Assembly (NCBI GenBank): GCA_951406725.2
Contig: OX597814.1
Location: 176,576,001-176,640,000 of the forward strand
Direction: 5' to 3'
Length of the DNA: 64,000 nt
DNA from: Octopus vulgaris
Taxonomy: Eukaryota
In this document: piece by piece, positions 1 through 12,932 of the stretch
Layout of the letters: every line of letters begins with the position of its first letter
Position numbering within the stretch: the first letter of the stretch is position 1
Made by a program: the position numbers and the translations under genes
Notes under the pieces: model-generated
Databases searched by the model: none
Seen by the model: only the letters and a program-made list of their open reading frames with translations
Told to the model about the DNA's origin: nothing

Positions 1-73
1 TGTATTGTTATAACAGGTTTCACTTATTGCTCTGCTACCATACTGGGGTATCCCCTTTTGAGGATTCATTCAA

Positions 74-128
74 TCAAACGATGATGATATTGTCTGGTTC
101 TGGCTCATAAACTGGTAAGTTACAAAGC
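74..128 (-). CDS. Possible terminal exon (xLCNLPVYEPEPDNIIIV*) of another gene or an alternative last exon
   Basis: Good acceptor ttttgtgtctctttag at 129-130 followed by a short open frame; frame ambiguous, no partner exon found. Confidence 0.25.
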
Positions 129-2619
129 CTAAAGAGACACAAAATAAAATATAATGTGTGGTGGTTGTTTCTTGAACAAGACTGTTATAATGTAGTCATT
201 TTAAGGTGTTTTCCAGGTGTTTGTGCATAGAATTAATGAGTCTAATGTTGGATGTCTTTAATTCATGTAGATGATGCCTGTGTGTTTTGTTAGAGGTAAA
301 CATCAAATGTGTTCTCATTAGAGAGCCAAAAAGAGGCACAGGAGTGGCTGTGTTGTAAGTAGCTTGCTTACCAAGCACGTGGTTCCAGGTTCAGTCCCAC
401 TGCGTGGCACCTTGGGCAAGTGTCTTCTACTAAAGCCTTGGGCCAACCAAAGCCTTGTGAGTTGATACAAAAACTGAAAGAAGCCTGTCTTATATGTGTT
501 TGTTCCCCCTCCACACACACACACACACATCAGTTGACAACCGATGGTGGTGTGTTTACTTCCTCGTAACTTAGCAGTTTGGCAAAAGAGACCGATAGAA
601 TATGTCCTGAGGTCGATTTGCTCAACTAAAGGCGATGCTCCAGCATGGCCACAGTCAAATGACTGAAACAAGTAAAAAAGTAAAAAAAGTAAATCTGGCA
701 GAATTGTTAACACTGAGTGAAATGTTTAGCAGCATTTCATCCATTCATCCTTATGTTGAGTTCAAATTCCATCAAGGAACAACCTTTCATCTTTCCGGGG
801 GTTGATAAAATAAGTACCATTTGAGTACTGGAGTCAATGTAATCGACTCACCCATCACTCAAAATTGTTGGCCTTGTGCTAAAATTTGAAATCATTATTA
901 GAGAACAAAGAACAGTGGTGACATAACTGAACTTTGATACACAATCTTCTGCAGATTTGCCATTGTTTCTTAGCTGGAAACATTTTACATTTTCTTCAGC
1001 TAGGAATAAATAACTTTTTTCTCTTTCTCTTTTCTGTAAGATTGAATAAATGTTGATACATAATTCTGCTTTGCCTTAGGCCTCAAATTCTCAATGAAGT
1101 CTCAGTGCTACTGATATATGAAACAACCATGTTTGAGCCACCTTTACACTTGGCAGAGCCTATCTTATTTCTTTATTGCACATAAGGGGCTAAACATAGA
1201 GGGGACAGACAAAGGGATTAAGTCGATTATATCGACCCCAGTGCGTAACTGGTACTTACTTAATCGACCCCAAAAGGATGAATGGCAAAGTTGAACTCAG
1301 AACGTAAAGACATGAAATACTGCTAAGCATTTCGCCTGGCATGCTAACAATTCTGCCAGCTCGCCGCCTATCTGTCTCCAGGTCTGACCATAGCCAATTT
1401 CTTTGCGGAAAGAAAGAGAGGAATCAACTTCAGTACTTAACTGTTTCTTTATTGACCCCGCTCAAAATAGGTTAAAGGCAAAGCTGACCTTAGCAGAATT
1501 TAAACTCATAGGACAAAGAGCTGAAATGATCACTACAGTGCAGTCTATCTCTACCAGTTGGTTGCCTTTTAACAGTTTTGAGTACAGTCATACAATTGAC
1601 TTTCACTTCAGTTCATGAGATAAATTACTATCTTTTAGTGTGTGTGTGTGTGTACATGTAGAGTAACAGCTGGCCCTGAGACGATAGGTTGACTGCTGAA
1701 AGATTGATAACTTGCTGTAAGTTCATAAGCAAAATTAAGTTAGTCCACCTAGTTATAAATAGATACTATAAATTACTACTGCTCAGTGTTTAAGTTTTGC
1801 ACTTAAAAGTATCATATATATAGAGAATGTAAGTGCTTGCACATTGCTTTGCATCTATTTTTCCTTGCTTGCATTAATAAGGTGGTTTCAAAGTAATTTT
1901 CTATGTACATTGAATCAAAAAATTTTGCATTAGGATATCCTTTCTACTACTTTTATTATTCCATTCATATCTAGAATGTCCTAGTATTTTATCCCAGAAA
2001 GGATAAATGACTTTGACCAGATTTGAACAAATTTCCAGTGTTAAACATTCAATTGTGAAAGCAGGGGTAGCATCACTTGTTTTCAAATTGTTTTAATCAT
2101 CATTTAACATCCGCTTTTCATGCTAGCATGGGTTGGATGATTTGACTGAGGACTGGGGAACTAGATGGCTGCACCAGGCTCCAATCTGATCTAGCAGAGT
2201 TTCTACAGCTGGATGCCCTTCCTAACGCCAACCACCCCGAGAGTGTAGTGGGTGCTTTTATATGCCACTGGCACGAGGGCCAGTCAGGCGGTACTAGCAA
2301 TGGCCACACTCAAGTGGTGTTTTTTATGTGGCATCTGCACAGGAGCCAGTCCAGCAGCACTGGCAATGACCTGGCACAAGCCCAGTAATTTCAGGCGAGT
2401 GGGTAGGTTGATTACATTGACCCCAGTCCTCAACTGGTACTTATCGACCCAAAGGACGAAAGGTAAAGTTGACCTTGGTTGAATTTCAACTCAGAACATG
2501 AAGACAGTGAAGTACTGCTTAGCATTTTTGCTTGGCATGCTAACAGCTCTGTTGGCTTGCTGCTTTGCTACCAGTCATAATATTAATTGATAATCACATA
2601 CATATGCACACTCAGAAAT

Positions 2620-5315
2620 ATTGATATTGGCCAGCATTCTGATGAATTCCATGATGTGCTTGGTGGTTATGGCTTTGGTTCAAGGAACAAGACTACTCCA
2701 GTTTTGTGATGTTAATTGACTCAATACAAAAAGTGTTCATTAAAGGTTTCCCCAGACCCACTTACCAAGGACTGGAATAAATGAAACTTAGCATAATTAT
2801 TAGTCCTCCTCTACATTGCCAACACCAATGGCGACACACTTCTCCCATCGCTTTATGCAGCTGTGAAGATCTTGTCTGTAGAAGCCGGTAGGTTGCATCT
2901 GGAGTCAAGACTTTAGCTTGAAATAAGTTCATCATCTAAAAAGTGCTTACCCTTCAAAACGACATGCACATTGTGAACTGGGGCGTTGTCTTGGAGGAGG
3001 CGAACTCCTTAGGTCAACATGCCACGCCTCTCTGCTTTGATGGTGTTCTGCAATTTCTGCAGCAGAGAAGCATAATATGCCCCATTAATTGTGGTGCCCT
3101 TTGCCAGAAAATCCATTATCACTACTCCATGCTGGTCCCCAAAAAACTGTGACCATCACCTTGCCTGCAGAGTGTTGGACATAAGCTTTCTTTGGAGGTG
3201 GTGAGTTATACTTTCATTGCTTTGATTTGACTCTAGTCTCAGGATCATAGAGATGGACCCATGTTTCATCCCCTGTGGGATAAGCCTGCCGAAAATGTCC
3301 TCATTTTCTTGGCACATTGCCAAAAGAGCCTGGGAGCAATTAACTCATTCCTACTTCTGAAAAGGTATGAGCATCCAGGGAATCTATTGTGTAGACAACT
3401 TCCACAAGTGCAAGTGTCATGAATGATTTTTTTTTCACAGACCCTACATGTATCTTCACTTCTTGGGTTAGTTGCTGAATAGTTATGTAGCAATACTCCA
3501 AATGGCAGCTTCTACTTTATGGATGGTGTCATCAATGGCAGAACGTGATTGTCCAGGAATAGGAGTAGATTCCACCAATGTCTGACCACATTTGAATTAG
3601 CGATGCCAGTGCTTGACTATGTTGTATGATGGTGCATTGTCACCATAAACTTCATTCATCTCATTGAAAGTCTCTTTTGGTGTATGACCTTTCAAGTAAA
3701 AGAACCTGATCACTGATCTGCATTCAACTACCTCCATTATAGCATCTTAGTCCACTTCAGCAGCCATAAAATACAAGCGAATACTAGTGAAAAGCTGCAA
3801 TTTACAATGTGACATGTAGAAACAAGTATGATTATACCTATACAAGATCCGTTTCCTGCAATAACCAGAAGTGGATGAGAGGAAATTTTTAATGAACACA
3901 CCTCATAATTTGCAACACTATCTTCAGGAAATAGGTACCTGACGACAACCTATAAATCTGGAGGACACATGAACGAGATAGACTTTATTCTCTCCAGGAA
4001 ATAAGATAGACTGATGGTTGTAAATGCTGTCTTTCTCGGTAAAGAATGTGCAATCCAACATGGCCTAGTAATTAGTAACTTCAAATTTAGGGTTAGACAG
4101 ATTGGAACAAATCAGTTTGGAAAGGAAGATATAGATATTTAAAGATCCACTATACAATCAGAAATTTAGAGAAGTTCTAGTTGAAATATTCGATGAAAAG
4201 GCAGAATTAGTAAAAACCCATAGCTTAGAGGACAACCAGCTGAGAGCTACAGACCAAATCTATGGTTGATGCAAGGTTCCAACCAGACCAATGGAATTCA
4301 AAACCTGATGTACATGGGAATTGTTTTATGCTGATGACCTCACTATTATTGCAGATTCTGAAACAGAACTGGAGAAGTTCCAGATATGGAAGCAAAAGCT
4401 GGAATCAAAGGGTCTTAAAGTTAATCTAACAAATATGAGCGATGGCTAGAAGTATATTGAGTTCTTCATAACCAGCTGATCTAGCAAGCGGTACCTCATA
4501 TCAGTGAGGGGGGCCGGTGCGCATTGATGCCGTTGAGAGGTAGGCCCCGAAACGGCGTGCATTCTCTCCTGATGACCCCATACACTTGCTAGCTTCCAGT
4601 ATACAGAGCTTTTAACTGGTAGCACTTGCATGTGCAAGTTGTTTGCAAGACTGAAGTTGTAAACAAGAAAGCAAATAAGACTCTTTCCATCAGGTAAATG
4701 GCCCTGCCCAATATATAGGAAAAGAGTGAGAAGTAATTCTACTTGCTACATCCAGTGTAAGTTACAGACACTTAAGAAATGCAGTGGAATCACAGGCAAA
4801 TTAACAGATAAGGTTGTTTTCATGTGTGGCAGAAACAATAAGAACATGTCGGACTTAGACTCTCTCTCTCAAATGTCCAGGATGCTCTCTTGAGGTAATC
4901 GATAGTTTCCGCTACTTAGGTGACCAAATGATGGTGGATGCTTTGAAAGTATTGTTTCTAGAATAAGAATAGGATGGAGGCTACTACCTCTATTGGCAAC
5001 AAAAGGACTCTCTCAGAGTGAAAGGTGGATTGAATGATGCTTGTGTACATATGGCTATACTCTGTGGTGGTGAGACACAGGCTCTGAATTTGGAGAACAT
5101 GCATAGACCGGAGAAGATGGAGGTAGTATGCTCTGTTAGATGTGCAACATCAGTGTGCACAAATGACAAAGTGCAACTGTATTGAGAGAAAGTTGAGCAT
5201 AAGAGGAGTTAAATGTGGCATGTAGAAGAGAATGCAATTTTTGGACATGTGATGTGCATGAGTAAAGACTGCTCTATACAGAGCGATTGCTATGGCATTG
5301 AGGTAGATCCAGCCA
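2620..5315 (+). mobile_element. Highly decayed RTE LINE interrupted by a mariner and a ~210-bp insert
   Basis: GGYGFG/FCD before 2725 continues as ICNT at 3908; WELFYADDL at ~4315; C-terminal homology to 5300. Confidence 0.8.
2727..3905 (-). mobile_element. Decayed mariner DNA transposon nested in RTE
   Basis: TIRs ..gtgttcattaaa..tttcc at both ends, TA flanks, ~1.2 kb, QDNAP-type transposase remnant on minus strand. Confidence 0.8.
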
Positions 5316-5825
5316 CATATGTATGTATGTATATATATCATCGTGACCAACCAGGCTATCAGATGTTGCTACACATCGCTGGTCACAATGCGCTTCGCAT
5401 TGCTTTAGCCTTCAAATGATGCCACTCCGCTGGCTAAGCGAGCAGACCAACAGAAGAAAGTTGCGGCGAAAAAGTACAGCAGGGGTTGCCACTATCCCCT
5501 GCCGGAGCCGCGTGGAGCTTTAGGTGTTTTCGCTCAATAAACACTCACGACGCCCAGTCTGGGAATCGAAACCACGATCCTACAACCGTGAGTCCGCTGC
5601 CCTAACCACTAGGCCATTGCGCCTCCACATGTATGTATATATATATATATATATTAATAAATAAAATAAAACATATGCATACATATAAACATATATGTAC
5701 GTACCTACCTCTACATGTACATATACACGCATATATGAGTACAGGACACCAAAAGGACGTCGAACACAATGAGAAACGAAAACATAGACACAAACCAAAG
5801 GAACTGGACATTTTTTTAAAAACAG

Positions 5826-5828
<3 letters not shown>

Positions 5829-5917
<89 letters not shown>
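5829..5917. repeat. (TA)n microsatellite
   Basis: Direct. Confidence 0.95.
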
Positions 5918-5919
<2 letters not shown>

Positions 5920-6014
5920 ATATAACCCACTAGTATAATCAATATATGATCTGAATGATATGATATATGAAAAATGTAATATAAAATATCTACAAATATG
6001 AACACATCACTATT

Positions 6015-6053
<39 letters not shown>

Positions 6054-6597
6054 CATGTACGTACACACACACACACACATATATATATTTCTGAGGTGAC
6101 AGAAATTGTTTAAGTGTAAAAGTGAAAAGTTCTTTTTTATGGCTATATGTATCTTTCATGCTGCAATCATGTTTGTGTGTATATTGATTAACAGGTTCAC
6201 TTAGTTCCTCATGTTACTTAGTTACTTAGGCACTGATGTCGCTAGTGGTGTATTTAATATCATGCTTTGATGACTAAATGATATTAATATCACACTTGCT
6301 TTAACACATATAGTATGCCCACCTGTTGCCTACTGATGCTGAGTTACCATCATATCAGCATGATCAGAAATGACGAATGGGGATCAAACTCTCTCTGTAA
6401 CATAGAAGAGATTTTAATTTTCCTTGACTTCATTTCTAAATGTCTGAAGAAAAGGATGTGTACACATGCCCACATAACTAAAGTCACATGAGGAACTATG
6501 TTAATCTGTTAATAGATGCAACTCAAACTATATGTGTTGAGGTCCTACTTCTGTTTGTTTGTTCAGTCTTTCATATATATATATATATATATATATA

Positions 6598-7657
6598 TCA
6601 TCATCATCATCATCATCATTTAGCGTCCGTTTTCCATGCTAGCATGGGTTGGACGGTTCAACTGGGGTCTGGGGAGCCCGAAGGCTGCACCAGGCCAGTC
6701 AGATCTGGCAGTGTTTCTACAGCTGGATGCCCTTCCTAACGCCAACCACTCCGAGAGTGTAGTGGGTGATTTTATGTGCCACCGACACAGGTGCCAGAAG
6801 AGGCTGGCGAACGGCCACGCTCGGATGGTGTTTTTTATGTGCCACCGACACAGGTGCCAGACGAGGCTGGTAGACGGCCACGCTCGGATGGTGTTTTTAT
6901 GTGCCACCGACACAGGTGCCAGATGAGGCTGGCGAACGGCCACGATTGGATGGTGTTTGTTACGTGCCCACAGCACGGAGGCCAGTCGATGCGGTACTGG
7001 CTACAGCCACGTTCGGATGGTTTTCTTGTGTACCACCGGCACTGGTACCACAAAGATACAAATTCCATTGATGTTCATTTGTTTTGATTTTCACTTGCCT
7101 CAACAGGTCTTCACAAGTGTCACAAGAAGGAAGGTATGCACGGCCACGCTTGGATGGTGTTTTTTATGTGCCACCGACACAGGTGCCAGACAAGGCTGGC
7201 AGACGGCCACGCTCGGATGGAGTTTTTATGTGCCACCGACACAGGTGCCAGATGAGGCTGGCGAACGGCCACGATCGGATGGTGTTTGTTACGTGCCCAC
7301 AGTACGGAGGCCAGTCGATGCGGTACTGGCTACGGCCACGTTTGGATGGTTTTCTTGTGTGCCACCGGCACTGGTACCACAAAGATACATATTCCATTGA
7401 TGTTCATCTATTTTGATTTGTTTTGATTTGATTTGGTTTTCACTTGCCTCAACAGGGCTTCACAAGTGTCACACGAAGGAAGGTATGCACAGGTGGACTG
7501 ACTACGTCCCAGGTAGGGGCCACGAGTTATGGCCTGACTAGTCTTGCCGGGTCTTCGGATGGTGTTTTTATGTGCCAACGACACAGGTGCCAGATGAGGA
7601 TGGCGAACGGCCACGATCGGATGGTGTTTGTTACGTGCCCACAGCACGAAGGCCAGA
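6598..7657 (-). mobile_element. RTE 3' end with expanded tandem ~60-bp 3' UTR units, in a (TA)n site
   Basis: Tail ccatgctagcatggaaaacggacgctaaatgatgat; repeated gtgtcggtggcacataaaaacacc units. Confidence 0.85.
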
Positions 7658-8296
7658 TATAAATATACATACATATATATGTATATATAATCAAAATAAG
7701 CAACAAGGATATCCAAAGGTAATGCTTACTTTGATTACAATCACCCCATTTTGAATTATATGGATAATACTATACCAAATTCTGGTACCTCCAACTTAAG
7801 TACCATATTCAACTGAATCTAAATTTTTACTGAACTTATATATATATTTATTACTCTTTTACTTGTTTCAAGCTACTTACCACACAGCCACTCCTGCGCC
7901 TACACACACACACACATATATATATATAGGTATATGTTAGAGGTGTTTAAAACCTCTAAGAGATGGTTAAATCCAAAGGCATTCTCAAATATCATTCCAT
8001 TTCTTTGGTGCCATTCATGAATCAACAATTTACTTGCTTGCTCTTTCTTGAATTAACAACTAAGTCATTACTATTATTATTATTTAAATATATAAATGTG
8101 ACTTAGTCGATGAATCCAGGATTCCCCCACTTCTTGCCATATCTAGTTGGCAAGGCCACATGTAATTTCATTTCATTTCAGTTTCAGCCAGACTCCCCTC
8201 CCATTGCAAAATGCTTATGTGATAAATTTAACAATTAAAATGTACGTGTATATTAATTTAGTATTAATATTTTAATGATAATAATAATAATTATTG

Positions 8297-8675
8297 AGGA
8301 GTGGCTGTGTGGTAAGTAGCTTGCTTACCAACCACATGGTTCCGGGTTCAGTCCCACTGCATGGCACCTTAGGCAAGTGTCTTCTACTTTAGCCTCGGGC
8401 CCACCAAAGCCTTGTGAGTTGATTTGGTAGATGGAAACTGAAAGAAGCCCGTCGTGTATATGTATATATATGTGTGTGTGTGTGTGTTTGTCCCCCCAAC
8501 ATCACTTGACAACCGATGCTGGTGTGTTTACGTCCCCATAACTTAACGGTTCAGCAAAAAGAGACCGATAGAATAAGTACTGGGCTTACGAAGAATAAGT
8601 CCTGGGGTCGATTTGCTTGACTAAAGGCAGTGCTCCAGCATGGCACAGTCAAAAGACTGAAACAAGTAAAAGAGA
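8297..8675 (+). mobile_element. tRNA-derived SINE with internal (TA)n(TG)n; other copies 335-690, 43135-43555, 43560-43980 (+), 44890-45292, 59950-60367, 60420-60668, 61075-61480, 61862-62272 (-)
   Basis: tggctgtgtggtaag A box, gggttcagtccc B box, conserved body, tail gactgaaacaagtaaaagag. Confidence 0.9.
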
Positions 8676-9149
8676 ATACTATGGCTTTTCTTCTGAGCCC
8701 ATCTAGCTATGTGGTGCATAAAACTAAGTTTGCACAAGGCCTGTGCACATATCCATTATGCCCACCCACCCTCTCCCACCACCACTATTTTAATTCATAC
8801 ATTACCAATTTCACCTGGCGACTCATATGCTTCCTGTGCTGTGCATGTGAATACATATTTTGAGTATACCCCAGTATACCCTCATACAAGCGCCCTGATG
8901 AGTGTAGTTTACCATGAAAATACCTTATATATAAATATTTAGACATATAATACTTAAACTGCCCTATTTAACTACCCTATTCTCATACTCACTTATTGGC
9001 TCTTGCTTTAGATGTTGGACGAGATGTGGGAAATTGTGATTCATTGTAATTCACTGAATAAACCATGTATCAAAGCTCTATGCTATCTGGCAAGCATTTT
9101 TGCAGATCTTCTTCATTTCAGGTGATAACAAAATTTCCACAACTACCTT

Positions 9150-11165
9150 ATCGCCACCACTCCCAAGTATTGAATTTTAGGGCTGCTACCATCAATGTTG
9201 GCACAATGAAAGGAAGGAGTAGGGAGATTATTGAAACGTTGGGGCAACGCCATGTTGATGAGTGTGGTGTGCAAGAAGTAAGATGGAGAGGAGCCTCAGC
9301 TAGATTCATCATGGGTAAGAGACAGAGATTTAAATTCTTCTGGGTTGTCAGGAAGGATGGAGTGGGTGGAGTAGGCATACTGTTAGCAGAAAAGTGGATA
9401 GATAAGGGAACTGAAGTAGACAAAGTATGTGATAGGGTAATTAAGATGAGACTTATAGGTAAATTAACAGTTATATTTATCTTTGCCTAAACTCCTCAGT
9501 CTGGGCTAAATGATGAGCAGAAGGACCAATTCTATGAAATCCTTTTGCTGACCACCTCAATGACAAATGACAAAGACTTTGTTATTGTGGCTGGTAACTT
9601 CAATGGACATGTTGGACAGCACTCCCATAGATTCCAGGGGGTGCATGGGGGCTATGGTTTTGAACCTAGAAATAAGGAGGGAACAAGACTGCTGGAGTTC
9701 TGTGATGTAAATGATCTCATGATCTGCAACACTAACTTCAAAAAGCCAGCCAGCCAGCCACCTTAATCACTTATCAGTCTGGTGAGCACATTAGCCAGAT
9801 TGACTGCCTCCTCACCAGACAATGAGATAGATGGATGCTTAAAAATGCAAAGTCTTTCCTAGGTGAAGAGTGTACAACCCATCATAGGTTACTAGTTAAT
9901 GACTTCAGAATTAGAGCTAGAAAGACTCAGAGAAATAAACCAATCTGTAAAAGAAGACTATGGAAGCTCAAAGACCCAGCAAACAGACAAAAACTTTGCT
10001 AACGGAAGCTTCAGACAAAAGAGAGGAAGAGTTGGGGACATAGCCTAGAGGACAATTGGAAGTTCCTGCGGGACAATCTACTGAGGATTACAGACAGAAT
10101 CTGTGGCTGGTGCAGAATCCCAGCTAGACCAAGGGTGACATGGTAGAGGACCATGGAGGTTGACAATGCTATAAAAGTAAAAAGACTGGAAAAATGGTTG
10201 AAGCAGAAACTTATATCAAGTAGCCAAAAGGCAGCTAGGCATCAGGTATACATAGCAAAAGGAGTAGCTGAAGGTAAGAAATTTGGATATGTTCTACAGC
10301 ATGAGGATCAGAGGCATGAGGTGGTCGGGACTGCAAAGCAGTGTATGAGAGAAAATAGAACATCTGTTGGTAACAAAAGGATTCTCTCAGAGTGAAAGGT
10401 GGACTATATGATGTTTGTGTGCAAACAGCTTATACTCCATGGTAGTGAGACATGGGCTCTGAATTTGGAGGACATGCATAGACTGGAGAGAAATTATGGT
10501 AATATGCTCTGTTGGATGTGCAACATCGGTGCACATGTATGGCAAAGTGCAAATGCATTGAGAGAAAAGCTGGGCATGAGAGAAATCAAATGTAACATAC
10601 AAGAGAGAAGACTACATTGGTTTGGGCCTGTGATGCATATGAATGAGGTTAGCTGTATAAACAAGTGCCAATCATTGAAAGTGGATGCTACCTGTAGAAG
10701 AGGGAGACCCAGGAAGATGTGGGATAAAGTGGTAATGACCAATCTCAGGTTGTTGGGCCTCATGGAGGAAATGACAATGGACCGAGATATCTGACGATAT
10801 GAGGTTCTTAAGAAGACCTACCCATGTCAGCAAAACTGAGTTGTAGAAGTGCTGTGTCCCACCCCCACTTAACAAGAAAACTTCTCACACACTCTACCAT
10901 AACAAACCCTCTTGAAAGTTTTTTAAAAATTTGTCTTGCAAGTACTTGGTGGCCCTGTCAGTGCAGTTGCCACTTAAAAGCACCCAGTCCACACTGTAAA
11001 GTGGTTGGTGTTCAGAAGGGCATCCAGCTGTAAAAATCCTGCCAGAACAATCACAGAAGTCTGGTGCAGGCTTCTGCCCAGTTGGCTTTAATTAAACCAT
11101 TCCACCTATGCCAGCATGGAAGGCAGACATTAAACGATGTTGTTGAAGATGATGATGATGATAAT
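9150..11165 (+). mobile_element. Decayed RTE-clade LINE (APE endonuclease, internal deletion of RT, C-terminus, 3' UTR, (GAT)n tail)
   Basis: ATINVGTMKGRS, VQEVRW, GNFNGHVG, HGSETW, RRLHWFG, RGRPRK; stops and frameshifts. Confidence 0.9.
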
Positions 11166-11235
<70 letters not shown>

Positions 11236-11249
11236 GATGTTAAATGATG

Positions 11250-11282
<33 letters not shown>

Positions 11283-11345
11283 CATACATACATACATACA
11301 TGTATGTGTAAATATATATATATATATCGTCATCATTTAACATCC

Positions 11346-11377
<32 letters not shown>

Positions 11378-11678
11378 GGAGGCGCAATGGCCTAGTGGTT
11401 AGGGCAGTGGACTCGCAGTCGCAGGATCGTGGTTTCGATTCCCAGACCGGGCGTTGTGTGTGTTTATTGAGCAAAAACACCTAAAAGCTCCACGAGGCTC
11501 CGGCAGGGGGTGGTGATCCCAGCTGTACTCTTTCACCACTCTTTCTCCCACTCTTTCTTCTGTTGGCCTGCTCGCTTAGCCAGCGGGGTGGCATCATTCG
11601 AAGGCTAAAACAATGCGAACGCATTGTGACCAGCGATGTGTAACAACATCTGATAGCCTGGTCGGTCACGTGATCACG
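11378..11678 (+). mobile_element. tRNA-Arg-derived (OR-type) SINE; other copies 5338-5627(-), 34045-34345(+), related 12995-13318, 20660-20898, 31010-31252, 59515-59825, 60830-61058 (-)
   Basis: A box tggcctagtgg, TCG anticodon-like loop, B box ggtttcgattcc, non-tRNA body. Confidence 0.85.
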
Positions 11679-12118
11679 ATATATATATATATCATTATCA
11701 TCATCATCATCTTCAACAACATCGTTTAATGTCTGCCTTCCATGCTGGCATAGGTGGGATGGTTTAATTAGAGCCAATAGGGCAGAAGCCTGCACCAGAC
11801 TTCTGTCATTGTTCTGTGTGTGTGTGTGTGTGTGTGTGTGTCTGTATGTGTATATCATCATCATTTAACATTTGCTATCCATGCTGACATGGATTGAATG
11901 GTTTGACATGTAAAAGTGAACGTTAAAAGGGAGATAACATATGAGTTTGTTTTCTCAATTTATATATTAAAGTTAAAGAATAACTTTGCAATTTCTTAAT
12001 GTTAAATTTTATTAATTTCTCTGACATCATCATTATATTTAATTTTAGTTTCATTGAGGAGTACGATTATTGACATTATGATGCCAACTATGTTCTGAAA
12101 CCATAAAAGAATTGGTCC

Positions 12119-12475
12119 TCAATTTTCCCCTACTCCATCCGCTTTTTTGACAGGAACAAAATCCTTAAAGCTATCTGAGGCTAACATCTGAACACTCTCG
12201 ATTCGTGAAGCAGAAGCATAAATAGTTGCCTTCCCTGGTTTTTCTTCAGTATTATCATTGAATTCAGCCACAGTAGTCAAAGACTGTGATTTTTTTGTAG
12301 GAGAAGGAACTTGAAGGTTGTCATATAAACACAAACCATCTTTGATTTGTTGAGTTGAACTTGAACTTTTTTCTATATGAACCGTTTTGCTAACAGTGCT
12401 GGATGATACATTACTTTCATTAATCTCTGGTGTTTTAACAAACGCTACTTTCTCTTTCCGTTGAGGACTAGGTTC
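12119..12475 (-). CDS. QRICH2-like: Terminal coding exon J; EPSPQRKEK...KADGVGEN*
   Basis: Acceptor tttttatttcag, phase 0, open 118 codons to TGA (part of ORF 12119..12655). Confidence 0.8.
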   Translation of the reverse strand, partial: EPSPQRKEKVAFVKTPEINESNVSSSTVSKTVHIEKSSSSTQQIKDGLCLYDNLQVPSPTKKSQSLTTVAEFNDNTEEKPGKATIYASASRIESVQMLASDSFKDFVPVKKADGVGEN

Positions 12476-12731
12476 CTGAAATAAAAATATATAAAGATAT
12501 GATGACAACAGTGTAACAAAGAAAAAATAGAAAAGAAAGAAAGTAAAAAGGCAAATGGAAAGCTTCGACATGATCCCTACATGAAATAGTAGTAAAATCT
12601 TTCTTAAACCACACCATGCCACCTTAAACTGAGGTAAAATAGGTAAGCATAGCAAGGTGACCTAGAGTCAAGCCACAACTATCAGACTTCCATTGCCACT
12701 GCTGCCACAACCACCATCAGCTGCAGCAGCA

Positions 12732-12932
12732 GCTGTTCAAGAATTTGGACCTGGAGATCTCCATTTCCAGCGACTTTGAGGGCCACCTCCCAGTGGTGTC
12801 GGGCGTCAACGAAGAGCCCTCGACTACAACAAGACGACCAGAGTTTTTTTTGTTTTTTTTTCCCAAGGTCTGGGGGTCTCCTGCCCCTAAGCCCTAGACC
12901 ATCACCTAATCACCTTTACCCATTTTGTTGCT
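12732..12932 (+). mobile_element. ~200-bp non-tRNA SINE-like retroposon, copy 1
   Basis: Matches copies at 16328, 20074, 33376; imperfect duplicated flank ccaccatcagctgc. Confidence 0.8.

Noticed and set aside
5580-6080. YI/HT/CV-repeat ORFs here and at 11.1, 43, 45, 55, 60-62.9 kb
   Set aside because: Translations of (TA)n/(CA)n microsatellites and SINE bodies
6770-7657. CRISPR-like regularly spaced repeats
   Set aside because: Inter-repeat segments are themselves repeated, no cas genes, eukaryotic context; it is an RTE 3' UTR array
8890-8935. Hammerhead-like ctgatga-gtg..cat-gaaa
   Set aside because: No stem I pairing and very weak stems II/III
11378-11452. tRNA-Arg gene
   Set aside because: Imperfect cloverleaf continuing into a multicopy SINE body; SINE head, not a tRNA gene
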